NCBI RefSeq assembly: GCF_006345805.1
Contig: NC_043000.1
Location: 28,148,001-28,212,000, forward strand
Source: Octopus sinensis
Taxonomy: Eukaryota
Direction: 5' to 3'
DNA: 64,000 nucleotides
Position numbers and translations under genes: made by a program. Of the stretch, positions 53,467 to 64,000 are shown one piece after another (position 1 is the stretch's first letter; every line of letters starts with the position of its first letter). A model generated the notes under the pieces. That model was not told the origin of the DNA. It was given only the letters and a program-made list of their open reading frames with translations, and did not search any database.

Positions 53467-53873
53467 GGCGCAGGAGTGGCTGTATGGTAACTTGCTTGAA
53501 GACCAGCCACATGGTTCCTGGTTCAGTCCCACTTCGAGGCGCCTTGGGCAAATGTCTTCTACTATAACCTCGGGCCGACCAAAGCTCTGTGAATGGATTT
53601 GGTAGAAGGAAACTGAAAGAAGCCCGTCGTATATATAATATATATATATATATATATGCGCGTGTGTGTGTGTGTGTGGTTTTGTATCTGTGTTTGTCTC
53701 GCAACATTGCTTGGCAACCGGTGCTGCTATGTTAACATCCCCGTAACTTAGCGGTTCGGCAAAAGAAACCGATATAATAAGTACTAGTCTTACAAAGAAT
53801 AAGTCCTGGGGACGATTTGCTCGACTAAAGGCGGTGCTCCAGTATGGCCGCAGTCAAATGACTGAAACAAGTA
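53467..53873 (+). mobile_element. SINE family A, full length
   Basis: ggcgcaggagtggctgtatgg head (A box), ggttcagtccc (B box). Confidence 0.9.
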
Positions 53874-53934
53874 ATTATATGTGTATGCGTGTGTGTATGT
53901 ATGTAGATACATATACATACATGTATATTCTGGT

Positions 53935-56020
53935 TATGATTGCTGTCTTTTCGTGACCGAAAATGATGGCTGCCGACCTTTATGAACAATGGAGACCGAG
54001 ACAAATTTGCACCTTTACACTGGTGACTAATGAGCCCACCTCTTGATAACCACAAACGTCCGCAGATATTGCAGACCAAGCTTTCTCCAGTCACGCCAAT
54101 GGTGGAGCGTTTTCGAGCAGCTCGATCAAATTTTGCAAGAAAAATGTCTGTTCTTTTGAAATTAGCCACTTCTCTCCTTCCACTATTCGTTTTCTCCGAT
54201 GCTGGATATGACAGTCATTCCTTTCCCAATTGTTTTGTTCCTTCTCGAACCACGCCTGACTCATGGGTGCCGGTTTCCCAGTTTCCTTGGCGTATATGTT
54301 CCCCACCTGGACGGGACGCCGGTCCGTCGCAGGTGAGCTGCAAGATGAAGGAAGAAAGAGTGAGAGAAAGTTGTGGCGAAAGAGTCAGCAGATGTTAGCC
54401 ATTACCTTCTGCCGGAGCCGCGTGGAGCTTAGGTGTTTCGCTCATAAACACACACATCGCCCGGTCTGAGATTCGAACCTGCCGTCCCTCGACCGCGGGG
54501 CCGCTGCTCTAACCACTAGGCCATGCGCCTCCAATTAGCTTTCCCAATTAGCTTCCCATTACTCACATGCTTTCGATGAGGACTTTATACAATCATTAAA
54601 TTGCAGCCTTAGTTTCCGCTGGATGCGCTTTCCACGAACAAGTTCGCAATATAGCATCTGTCAACGAATTTTCCAATCTTTTATCCGAACAAGGTTTCCA
54701 GTCTAACGCAAATGGTGCTTCAATGATCACCTTCAATGATGTGGATATCGGCTCCCCTCAAGCCCTATCTATCTGGAGTCCCCAAGGACCTGCCAAATAT
54801 GTCTGAAATATCTCTGATCGAAGCGTTGAAGGACCCTTATATGATGCCTGTCAAGCGTCAGTGGATCACATGATTACAGGTGCAACGTCAGCACACACTC
54901 ACAGTACACAGCAACTGTTATTCACTTTGTCAAACCATGTCAAGATCTGACACAAAACTCAGGAACTCGCAAGGAATTAATTAATTTTTGAAGTTTTAAG
55001 GAAATTTCATCATCCAAAGTGCAAGAACAACCGAATGTGCGGCCCAGGGAGTCAAGCTTGCTTCCCACTTCCATTACTTTTCCTTCAACTAAGATAAATG
55101 GTTTCACATATGGCTTCCATAGCTAGAGAATTTACAACAGGTGTCTTTAGGCTAATGCTGAATCCAGATGTTTTGCAAGATGCAGAAATATGACCCACGA
55201 TAATTTGCATGAGTTTCACTGAATGTGCTGCTAAGTTGCAGTCATTCGTATAAAGAAGAAAAGAATGAAAAACTTTCGAATTGACATAAGATTGAGACAA
55301 ATTGGCATCATATTGACGTAAGTTAAAGAGACGACAAGGAGTTCGGTACCTCCTATGTATTCCAGAAGAGCAAACCAAGGTAAAATCATGAACGAGAGTG
55401 ACAACAAAATACAAGTAAAAGAGTATTGGGGCAAGGATGCCATCTTGTTTAGCAGCATTCTCTACAGGATTGGAACACGCCATGCCATCACTGACATTGA
55501 TCCATACGGCCATCACATCATGAAATGATTTAGTTATCGATAAAATGTAACTCGGCCCACCAAGTTTGCTGGGTATTTTTCACAGGGAGTCCCTATTCAC
55601 ATTATCGAAAGTTTTGGTTAAATGAATAAAAATCTGGATATTATCCATCTTTTACTCATAACCCTTCTGCGTCTGTCTTGCTGTGAATATCACATCCATT
55701 GTTCCTATACCAGATCGAAACTAATATTAAGATTCAGATAGGACGTCATCTACAAGGTATTTATTCCGGCGAGTAAGAAGAACACCTATCAGAACCTTGA
55801 CGGTAACTGACAGTAGAGTAATATCTCTATGGTTGCCACTCTTTATTCTGACTTCATTTTCTTTCGAGAGGACAACTGCATCCTTCCAGTCCTCGGGAAC
55901 AGCAATATTCTTTTCAGACCACACAAATAAGTTCGCGAATATTCTGAGAGGTACGACCGCAACCAAAGTGCAAGATCTCAGCACAAATTTCGTGTTTATC
56001 GAGTGATTTCCCAAGATTCA
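53935..56020 (-). mobile_element. Decayed RTE (BovB-like) LINE
   Basis: PEDWKDA..GNHRDITLLS..VLSES; AKQDGILAPILF..LFNLR..LYTNDC (YADD position)..GFSISLK; terminal CNICGRLWLSRGGLISH zinc finger. Confidence 0.85.
54232..54533 (-). mobile_element. SINE family D, tail type 2, inserted in the RTE
   Basis: tggcctagtgg/ggttcgaatc boxes; cctgcgacggaccggcgtcccgtccaggtg (V-domain-like); TSD-like ctttcccaatt at 54221 and 54539. Confidence 0.85.
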
Positions 56021-56029
56021 ACTTACTTA

Positions 56030-56374
56030 TTGCTGTTGCTGTTGAGCGGTCCGAACCGTGGATCTTTGCTATTCGTAAGACTCGCAGAAGAGAAAGCAGG
56101 TCAACCCCCGACACCGAGAGCATCGACGGACGGATGAATACGCATCCAGGCTCAGCGGTTGCGTAGGAAGTTGAGGACAAGAAACCGGAAGAAAGAGTGA
56201 GAGAAAGGTGGGGCGAAAGAGTACAACAGAGGTCGCCACCACCCCCTGCCGGAGCCTCGTGGAGCTTTAGGTGTTTTCGCTCAATAAACACACACAACGC
56301 CAGGTCTGGGAATCGAAAGAGCGATCCTCCGACCGCGAGTCCACTGCCCTAACCATTGGGCCATTGCGCCTCCA
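56030..56374 (-). mobile_element. SINE family D, tail type 3
   Basis: Same head and body, different 3' tail. Confidence 0.85.
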
Positions 56375-56838
56375 CTTGTTGTTGCTGTCTCGTCTACTGA
56401 GGGTATAAACACCAAGGTGCTGATGACACGGCTTTGTTGTATAGTGTCAGTTACTGTATCATCTACAACCGACTCGTGTCTTAGAATAGGGGGAGGAGGA
56501 GGGAGTTTAGAAGGGAAGAGGAGTTATGAAAATGGCTCTCCTACTCCACTTATCATTCCCGAAATGAATTTTTTTTTAATGTTATAAACTGAAGTTATTG
56601 TTTGTTTCTGCCAGTTGAACGAGGTACATCGCAACCTCGTTTGCCGTAAGAAACGATTGAAAGAGTCGGTGATAGGAGGAGCATCCAGCAGTATGTCCCT
56701 GCTTCAAAAAGTGTAAGATGACCACCACAGTTGAATAAGAAGAAATCCGCACAGCTAACCCACGCTTTATCAGGGAAAATTGCTTTAAATTTTATTTGTT
56801 ATTGCTATTGCTGCGGGGCTTACATTACTTCGAAGCGT

Positions 56839-57177
56839 GGTTGAAGCACTCCGTCGGTTACGACGATGAGGGTTCCGGTTGATCCGATCAACGGAACAGC
56901 TTGCTCGTGAAATTAACGTGTAAGTGGCTGAGCACTCCACAGACACGTGTACCGTTAACGTAGTTCTCGGGGATATTCAGCGTGACACAGAGAGTGACAA
57001 GGCCGACCCTTTGAAATACAGGTACAACAGAAACAGGAAGTAAGAGTGAGAGAAAGTTGTGGTGGAAGAGTACAGCAGGGATCACCACCATCCCCTGCCG
57101 GAGCCTCGTGGAGCTTTAGGTGTTTTCGCTCAATAAACACTCACAACGCCCTAACCACTGGGCCATTGCGCCTCCAC
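56839..57177 (-). mobile_element. SINE family D, tail type 4, with 12-bp TSD
   Basis: TSD acttcgaagcgt at 56827-56838 and 57178-57189; head internally deleted. Confidence 0.85.
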
Positions 57178-58446
57178 ACTTCGAAGCGTATTAACTAAAT
57201 AGATACACAGAATGTTAACCTTTTGTATTTAGCCATGCTTCCGATTTATTAGCTGCGCTTTATATTAGAATTTGGCGAGATTTTTTCGCTTTGGTTATAA
57301 TGGTGGAGAAGAATGAATGGGAGTTTGACTTCCAGCCTTTTTTCAAAGTTGTTAAAAGCGTTATTGAAGTGAAAACGCTATAAACTTTGTTATGGGTTTT
57401 CGGCTTAAAGATATCTTATTTCTACTATATTTGTCGTTGCTTTTTGTTATTCTACCTCGCTTTCTAGCCACGCAATTTAAATAACTTCCTGTCTAGTTAT
57501 TCAAATTATCACCCGTTTATACATCGGTCCTGTTGGGGCAAGATTAATTTTGTATTGCTAAAACTGTTGTGATTTTGTCGCCAGTTCTTTAACGAAAGAA
57601 ACATTCTGTAGGCATGATCATATACTGTGAAATAAATGTAATAAATATTCACAACTTGCCCAAGATTAGACGCTAATCTCAATGAAATATGACATTAGAT
57701 GGCAATATTGGAATAATGATATTATCCTTAGATGCTTGGATAATCTCAAAGTTGATTTTAAACAATAATTTTATGTGTTTACTATTCATACAAAAACTAA
57801 AGGCACGTTTGGGAGTTGGAGAATAGTAGCTTGTCGTGAGATGGCATTTACTAGCAGCTTTCATTAGTTTAGTATGTATGTTTTATTCAGCATTTATGAA
57901 TAGACCATGCTGTGCAAGTTTATGAATCATTTATCGGATGGCATGGTTCTCTAGTTATTCTCCACTAATTCAAACTCACAACGGACTAATAAACAGATGA
58001 CTAATCTGTTAGAGATGCATCACTATATATATATATTCCCTTTGTAAGGTGTCGAACTGTTAAGAGGAGGGAAAAATCGACCAGAAATTTTTGTGTTACA
58101 AAGCAATTTGGAAACTGATCAGTATGGCGGTCTAAATGATAATTTGTTTTATTTTGCTTTTGAAATATAATTAAATATATAATGAGTAAAACATTTACTT
58201 TCTCTACTTATTCTATGTTTTTTCGTCACCTTCTTGCCATCATCGTTGAACATTGCTTTTATAAATCAAAGGAGAATCTATAACTTTCTTCAGACTTTGT
58301 TCTATTCTTGTGTGAAATACACAATACAGTACAAGCGGTTATTTGGAGTTTTAATTTCCTCAACTACCAGATGTGTGCGCGTGTATGTGTGTATGTATAC
58401 AAACATATTCTTTACTTATACACATACATACACACACACTCATATA

Positions 58447-58640
58447 TCATTTATATAAAATCCGTTCTGTCTGTCTGTGTGTGTGCCTTCTAGGATCTCG
58501 GGCATCCTCCATCCGATTGCGCTCAAATTTGACATGTAGATACCGACGGTATCAGGGCGTGTATTAGTTTTGAAAAAATTATAAAAATCGATTCCAGGTG
58601 AGAATGCGATCGATAAAGCCGTGGGAACGTGCTTTGGTAA
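58447..58640 (+). mobile_element. Helitron-like non-autonomous 5' end
   Basis: tcatttatataaaatccgttctgtctgtctgtgtg...catccgattgcgctcaaatttg, similar in layout to the other Helitron 5' ends here. Confidence 0.5.
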
Positions 58641-58915
58641 AATCGTTTTTCTTGGAATAGAAAAATGTCTATCTTTATTTCTTGTTTTGCTGGTGTCTCA
58701 AATTTAGGTTAATCAGAGTTTCTCAAAGAGGAGGCCTATGGGGCTGTCGGACAAGTTGTTTTGAGAAAATTTTGCTTAAATGTTTGACAACTCAGCACCG
58801 TCCATTCGACGGGGGGGGGGCGGGTTTACAAAAGTATTAATTAGAATGAGACAAATTTCAAGGGTCGATAATACTCCTCATCAAAGCCAATATACATCTA
58901 AACACAGAGGTTATA

Positions 58916-59310
58916 TACAGGGTGGGGAAGAAAAATTTACAAAGAACGTTAAGTTGTTTTTACTCAGCAGGCACTAAGTCTATTGTTTTGAAACCTAGTA
59001 TATATTGATGTCATGATCATACCTAACACTATTATCCTTACCTTTTTAGAAACTTTTGCCCATATGAGTAATCAGGAAAGCAAACGTCAAAGAGTGTGTG
59101 ATTTGCTGAATGCACTCGTCACACCAAAGAATATTTGGAGTGTCCATAAAGACTGTTTATAATATAAAGAATAGAATGACTATGAGCAAAACTATTACGA
59201 GTAAGTCTGGAAGTAACAAAAAACGGAATCAACAAAAAACGTACCAAAGCTTTTATTAAAGCTCTCAAATCCAAAATCCTAAAGGATCCGACCAAATCCA
59301 TGAGAAAAAT
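58916..59310 (+). mobile_element. DD37D (maT-like) transposon 5' end
   Basis: TA-CAGGGTG TIR; MSNQESKRQRVCDLLNALVTPK/GVSIKTVYNIKNR../KILKDPTKSMRK with frameshifts. Confidence 0.75.
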
Positions 59311-59360
59311 ACATGTATATATATAGAGAGAGACAGAGACACATACACACACACTCGTAT

Positions 59361-59411
<51 letters not shown>

Positions 59412-59535
59412 TCAACAATATAAGGAATGGCCATAATAGGACATTCGACCCACTAGAAAGAGCAGCCAAACTCAAACCGCTAAATAGTTGTAATTTTGAA
59501 ATTGAAAGAGAAATAAAAAACGTTTACCCCTTTCA

Positions 59536-59630
59536 TCTCTGGACTATGCATAGTTTTGACAAACGTTGGTAAACAAATTAATTAAATTAAATTAAATTTA
59601 TTTACAACTGGCGTGTCTCGTCAGCAGAGA
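59536..59630 (-). ncRNA. Hammerhead copy with GAAA>AAAA core mutation (probably inactive)
   Basis: Reverse complement of 60131-60223 except gtc-aaaa-ctat. Confidence 0.7.
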
Positions 59631-60130
59631 AGCCAAGGACAAGTATATATCCACGAGGCGATGGTAAAGAAGCCTCCAGTCTATATGCTCTAAATTTTCA
59701 AAATCTACCGCAACCGCGCGGTCTTCTCAGCAGCAAATATAAACTGCTGATTTAAGGGGTAAACGTTTTTATTTCTCTTTCAATTTCAAAATTACAACTA
59801 TTTAGCGGTTTGAGTTTTGGCTGCTCTTTCTAGTGGGTCGAATGTCCTATTATGGCCATTCCTTATATTGTTGAATGTATATTATATAGTCTTTGACTAT
59901 CTTTTCTTTTCTTTCTCGCTAGACCGCTGGTAGCGCAGAATTTTTTCTAGAATTTTTTGCTACCCTTATATTTATTAGTTAATGATTTTTGGGCTAATTT
60001 TGAAATTAAATCAGCAGTTTATATTTGCTGCTGAGAAGACCGCGCGGTTGCGGTAGATTTTGAAAATTTAGAGCATATAGACTGGAGGCTTCTTTACTAT
60101 CGCTTCGTGGATATATACTTGAACTTGGCT

Positions 60131-60223
60131 TCTCTGCTGACGAGACACGCCAGTTGTAAATAAATTTAATTTAATTTAATTAATTTGTTTACAAGTTTGT
60201 CGAAACTATGCATAGTCCAGAGA
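60131..60223 (+). ncRNA. Canonical type-I hammerhead ribozyme
   Basis: UCUCUG-CUGACGA-GACA..long AU hairpin..UGUC-GAAA-CUAU-GC-AUAG-UC^-CAGAGA; GUC site after 60217. Confidence 0.85.
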
Positions 60224-60447
60224 TGAAAGGGGTAAACGTTTTTATTTCTCTTCAAATTCAAAATTACAACTATTTAGCGGTTTGAGTTTGACTGCTCTTT
60301 CTAGTGGGTCGAATGTCCTATTATGGCTATTCCTTAAATTGTTGAATGTATATTATATAGTCTTTGACTATCTTTTCTTTCTCGCTAGACCGCTGGTAGC
60401 GGAGAATTTTTTCTAGAATTTTTTGCTACCCTTATATTTATATATAT

Positions 60448-60521
<74 letters not shown>

Positions 60522-60523
<2 letters not shown>

Positions 60524-60710
60524 GGAGTAAGCACATAAATGTGAAACAAGGTGGAAAAAAGAGCACTCAAATACCAGAGGTAGAGTAATATGGTTTATTT
60601 AAAAGCAGCAGAAATATAACAAAATCTGTTAAACAGAGTTTGAAGTTCCCGTTCGTCGGAACGTGAAACTCTGAGTAACATGTTTTGTTATATTTCTGCT
60701 CTTTGAAATA
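60522..60710. mobile_element. Small fold-back element between (TA)n tracts with an HHR-like core at the turn
   Basis: Arms 60607-60649 and 60658-60700; composite reads ccgacga-acg-ggaa-cgu-GAAA-cuc-u-gag-UA-aca. Confidence 0.6.
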
Positions 60711-60711
60711 G

Positions 60712-60760
<49 letters not shown>

Positions 60761-60835
60761 GGACAACAAACGCCGAGGTATAACATCCATTTCAAATCAT
60801 ATACACTATTTCATATCATTCTTAAATTAGTTGAG

Positions 60836-60910
60836 GTCTTACAGCTGTTTCTGGGATATCCCAAGTGATAGGGGGCATGCTTGAATATGGGGTATTCTGT
60901 CATCAGAGAC
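60836..60910 (-). ncRNA. Type-I hammerhead motif
   Basis: GUCU-CUGAUGA-c-agaauacccca..ugggauauccc-a-GAAA-CAGCUG-UA-AGAC; element runs into (TA)n at 60760. Confidence 0.7.
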
Positions 60911-61749
60911 AAGTAGAGAACGTATGAAAGATCTAGACATGAAAAATTCGCAGATAATAAGCAATGACATGTATTTACATATATACACACACATATTAGA
61001 AATAATTTTCTCAAAGTTTGTCTGTCCCTACATATGAACATAGCATGTATTTTTAATTTAGATATGAAACAGAGGTCAGCACGGCAGTAAGCTAAATTAT
61101 GGAAGAAAGCGATTTTAAGAGCAAATAGATGTTTATAAATTAATCTGATAATATATGAAAGAAAACGAACATAAAAACTTTTTTTTCTATTTCAGAAAAG
61201 TTAAATAGCAGAAAGTTATATGAAGTAGTAATGCCATTATTTCTATAGAAGCAGTCAATATTTAATTATTAATTTGTCCACATTGTCTCAGAAGTCCTTG
61301 AGGAGAATGTTATCAAGCATTCAAATGAATAATTTTCTGTCTATTTACCAGACGTGCTTTGCTGCCATATTTTACAGAAATATGTCCGACAAAATGAGGG
61401 AACTAATAATTTATCTTCTACTGAAAGACTGGCAGGTCATGAGATTGAATCTTCTCCAAGGCAGGTAGTGTTGCTCCTTGTATTAATTTAGGGTGACGGA
61501 AAAAGTTACTTAATTATTCTTACTCCTACCTGGTGAAATATAGAGTGTACGGTAACGTAATAGATATGGAAATGATTATTTTTTTATTATCTCCCTCTAT
61601 ACAAACAGAAGCGCACACATGCACACGCAGACATACACACACATGAATGCACACACACACACACATACACATACACACACATTCAGAAAATTAAAAGTAA
61701 CATGATCGCATTATTTAATGTCCTGCCAACAATAAAAAATGCTAAACCG

Positions 61750-62290
61750 TCCGCATCATCAGCATCACTATGAACGTCATCGCTCGTGCTGCCATCACAT
61801 CATCATCACCATTATCATCATCGTCTTCATCATTTTGGTCATAGACAACACCAGTACCACAACCACCACTATAATCACCACCACCATCATTATCATCATC
61901 ATCATCATCATCATCATACAAAATTCGTCTACCACCATCATCATCATCAAGATCATCATCACCACCAACCACCACCACCACCATCATCATCACCACCACC
62001 ACCACTACCACAATCATCATCATCAACATCATCATCATTGTCACCACCACCATCATTATCATCATCATCATACAAAACTCGTCTACCACCATCATCATCA
62101 AGATCATCATCGCCACCACCACCACCATCATCATCATAATCATCATCATCATCATAGTCGTTGTCGTCGGCACCACTATCGTGAAGCAATTTTTATCGGC
62201 CTCATCGTATTTGCCCTCATTATCATCGTCATTTTCATCGTTATCATCATCACTACCATCACCACCACCACCATCATCATCATCAATTCT
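61750..62290. repeat. (CAT/CAC)n trinucleotide low-complexity region
   Basis: Directly visible; internal ~150-bp duplication (tacaaaa.tcgtctaccaccatc). Confidence 0.9.
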
Positions 62291-62882
62291 ACAAAACCTT
62301 CCCCATTGAGATAAGTAAATTATATATATTATTACTGCCATCGTAATTATTGTAATTAACCGCAAACACGTTACTAAGCGTCTCTCTATCTGTGCAAGTC
62401 TTCGTTCGTCGTCTGGATGTACTTGAAACTGAGTACCACGACCGGAAATACACAGATAATGACGTAAGAAGATATTTAATGCTAACCATTGTTTTAAAGC
62501 ACGCCAACATATTTCGTGTTATTGTTATGTATGATGCCAACAACTTTCTACAGCTAGATCACATAGAGAAGTGTATGCGACATATTTGTAATATGATGAG
62601 AAACTTAATAAACAATGTAATTTAGTGAAAGCTAAAATTTCACTTAAATTAAACAATTATTCTTTCAAATGTTAAGTAGGGTATCGTATGTTGCATAGGA
62701 AAAATCTATTACTTCATTTTGTTGAAAACGTTCGATAAATAATTTCCCTTACATCTGTTATAAGCACGTTTCTACGTTTTGCTCGTCAGAAACATTTGGT
62801 TGTCTCTATCCGATATAGGGCATTCGTATGTTAACATCTATATCCATATCCGTATTGATGTTTTTATAATGTATCAGTTATG

Positions 62883-63038
62883 CACGAGGGGATGCTGAAA
62901 AGTTCCTGGTTTTAAGGCTATCAGGAAAGGCCTGGTTCGAGGTCCAACCCTTGGGGTTCATTAACAGGGCTTAGAAAAACTGAAGGAAAGGTGCAATAAG
63001 TGTGTGAATCTTAGAGGGGAATATGTTGAATAAAATCT
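62883..63038 (+). mobile_element. mariner-derived MITE fragment
   Basis: cacgaggggatgctgaaaagttcctgg TIR; GLEKLKERCNKCVNLRGEYVE*. Confidence 0.75.
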
Positions 63039-63039
63039 C

Positions 63040-63850
63040 AACTGATCCAGGTATAAGTGGCTTATCTTATATTCCTTGAAGAAATTTGTCCAGATTCCGT
63101 TTAAAGGCAATGGGATCCTTTTCCTCTTTGTAGGGCCTGTTGAGGAAAAGAAATTGTGTTGCAGCGTAGTTATGTGTTGTGATCCGTAATTGGGTAGGGG
63201 ATGTATGGCCCGTAGTCCTAGCTTTGGATGAATTTTGAAGCTACTGCTGAGGTCGTTTGGGTAATGCTGGTGGCATACTTTCAACAACGTGCAAATGATG
63301 TATCGCTCGCGGCGGCGCTGGAGAGGATAAGTTTCAATGCTTAAAGGCGGTCCCAGTAATCGAGATCAGTCACGCCATTACTTCTTTTACGGAATGACAT
63401 CTGGGTTGATTCAATTTTCGTGATGTTTTGTTTTATATAGGGAAACCACAGAAGACAACAGCATTCGAGGCGTAGCCGTATAAAGGAGGAGAACAGTGGA
63501 ATGATGATACCTTGTTCTTTGGACCCGTAAGTTCTTAGGATCCAGGAGCTCATCCTACGAGCAATATCGACCTTATTGTGGATGAGGGCATTCCAAGTGA
63601 GATTGTTATCAACAATTATTCCTAGGACTCTGATATTATTACAAGGTGTGAGAGGTACCCCCGAAGGAAGAGAGTATGGCTGTTTTAGTATAGTCTTTTT
63701 TCGAAAATGCATCAGCTCAAATTTTCCCTCGATTAGTTGTATTTTTTAATCTGCCCATTGACTCACAGCATGTAGTTCAGACTGGAGTTGAGTTCGGTCT
63801 TCTTTAATGATAATTTTCTGGAGCTCAGAGACATTAGCAAATATTTCCAA
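63040..63850 (-). mobile_element. Decayed CR1-clade LINE RT C-terminal region
   Basis: RVLGIIVDNNLTW..WILRTY..IRLRLECCCLLWFP..IESTQ..LDYWDRL. Confidence 0.85.
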
Positions 63851-63859
63851 TTTGTGTGA

Positions 63860-63891
<32 letters not shown>

Positions 63892-64000
63892 TATATTATA
63901 TATATATAATATATATATATATATATTATATATATATATATATAAGAAAATAGTAAAGAGTGAAAAAACGACAGAAGGCTTAAATGTTAAAAAATATATA

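Larger units (their letters stand above)
59410..60440. mobile_element. Retrozyme/PLE-like element: 473-bp direct repeat plus ~345-bp inverted copy, in (TA)n
   Basis: ggggtaaacg at 59756 and 60229; 59410-59755 is the reverse complement of 60006-60347. Confidence 0.9.

Noticed and set aside
61739-62365. His-rich or Met/Asp-rich proteins
   Set aside because: (CAT/CAC)n is open in several frames on both strands; no domain or splice support

Overview
AT-rich, microsatellite-dense eukaryotic DNA. The SINE families and (TA)n/(CA)n/(CATA)n/(TAGA)n load resemble an octopod cephalopod (Octopus-like) genome; the taxon is my inference. I see no convincing host protein-coding exon: almost all long ORFs are translated microsatellites or SINEs. 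The window is a retro/DNA-transposon graveyard containing four tRNA-headed SINE families, decayed REL-endonuclease (R4/Dong-like) LINEs, RTE-BovB-like and CR1-like LINEs, a Penelope-like GIY-YIG remnant, Helitrons (one with a PIF1 helicase fragment), a HINE and Tc1/mariner/DD37D remnants. The main non-obvious signal is a set of about 10 type-I hammerhead-ribozyme (HHR) motifs from several unrelated sequence families. Most lie in non-coding fold-back (inverted-repeat) or tandem elements sitting in (TA)n tracts, and one family is a tRNA-headed SINE whose 3' half carries the hammerhead (a candidate Penelope-mobilised SINE). All structures were paired by eye and coordinates are approximate to a few bp.
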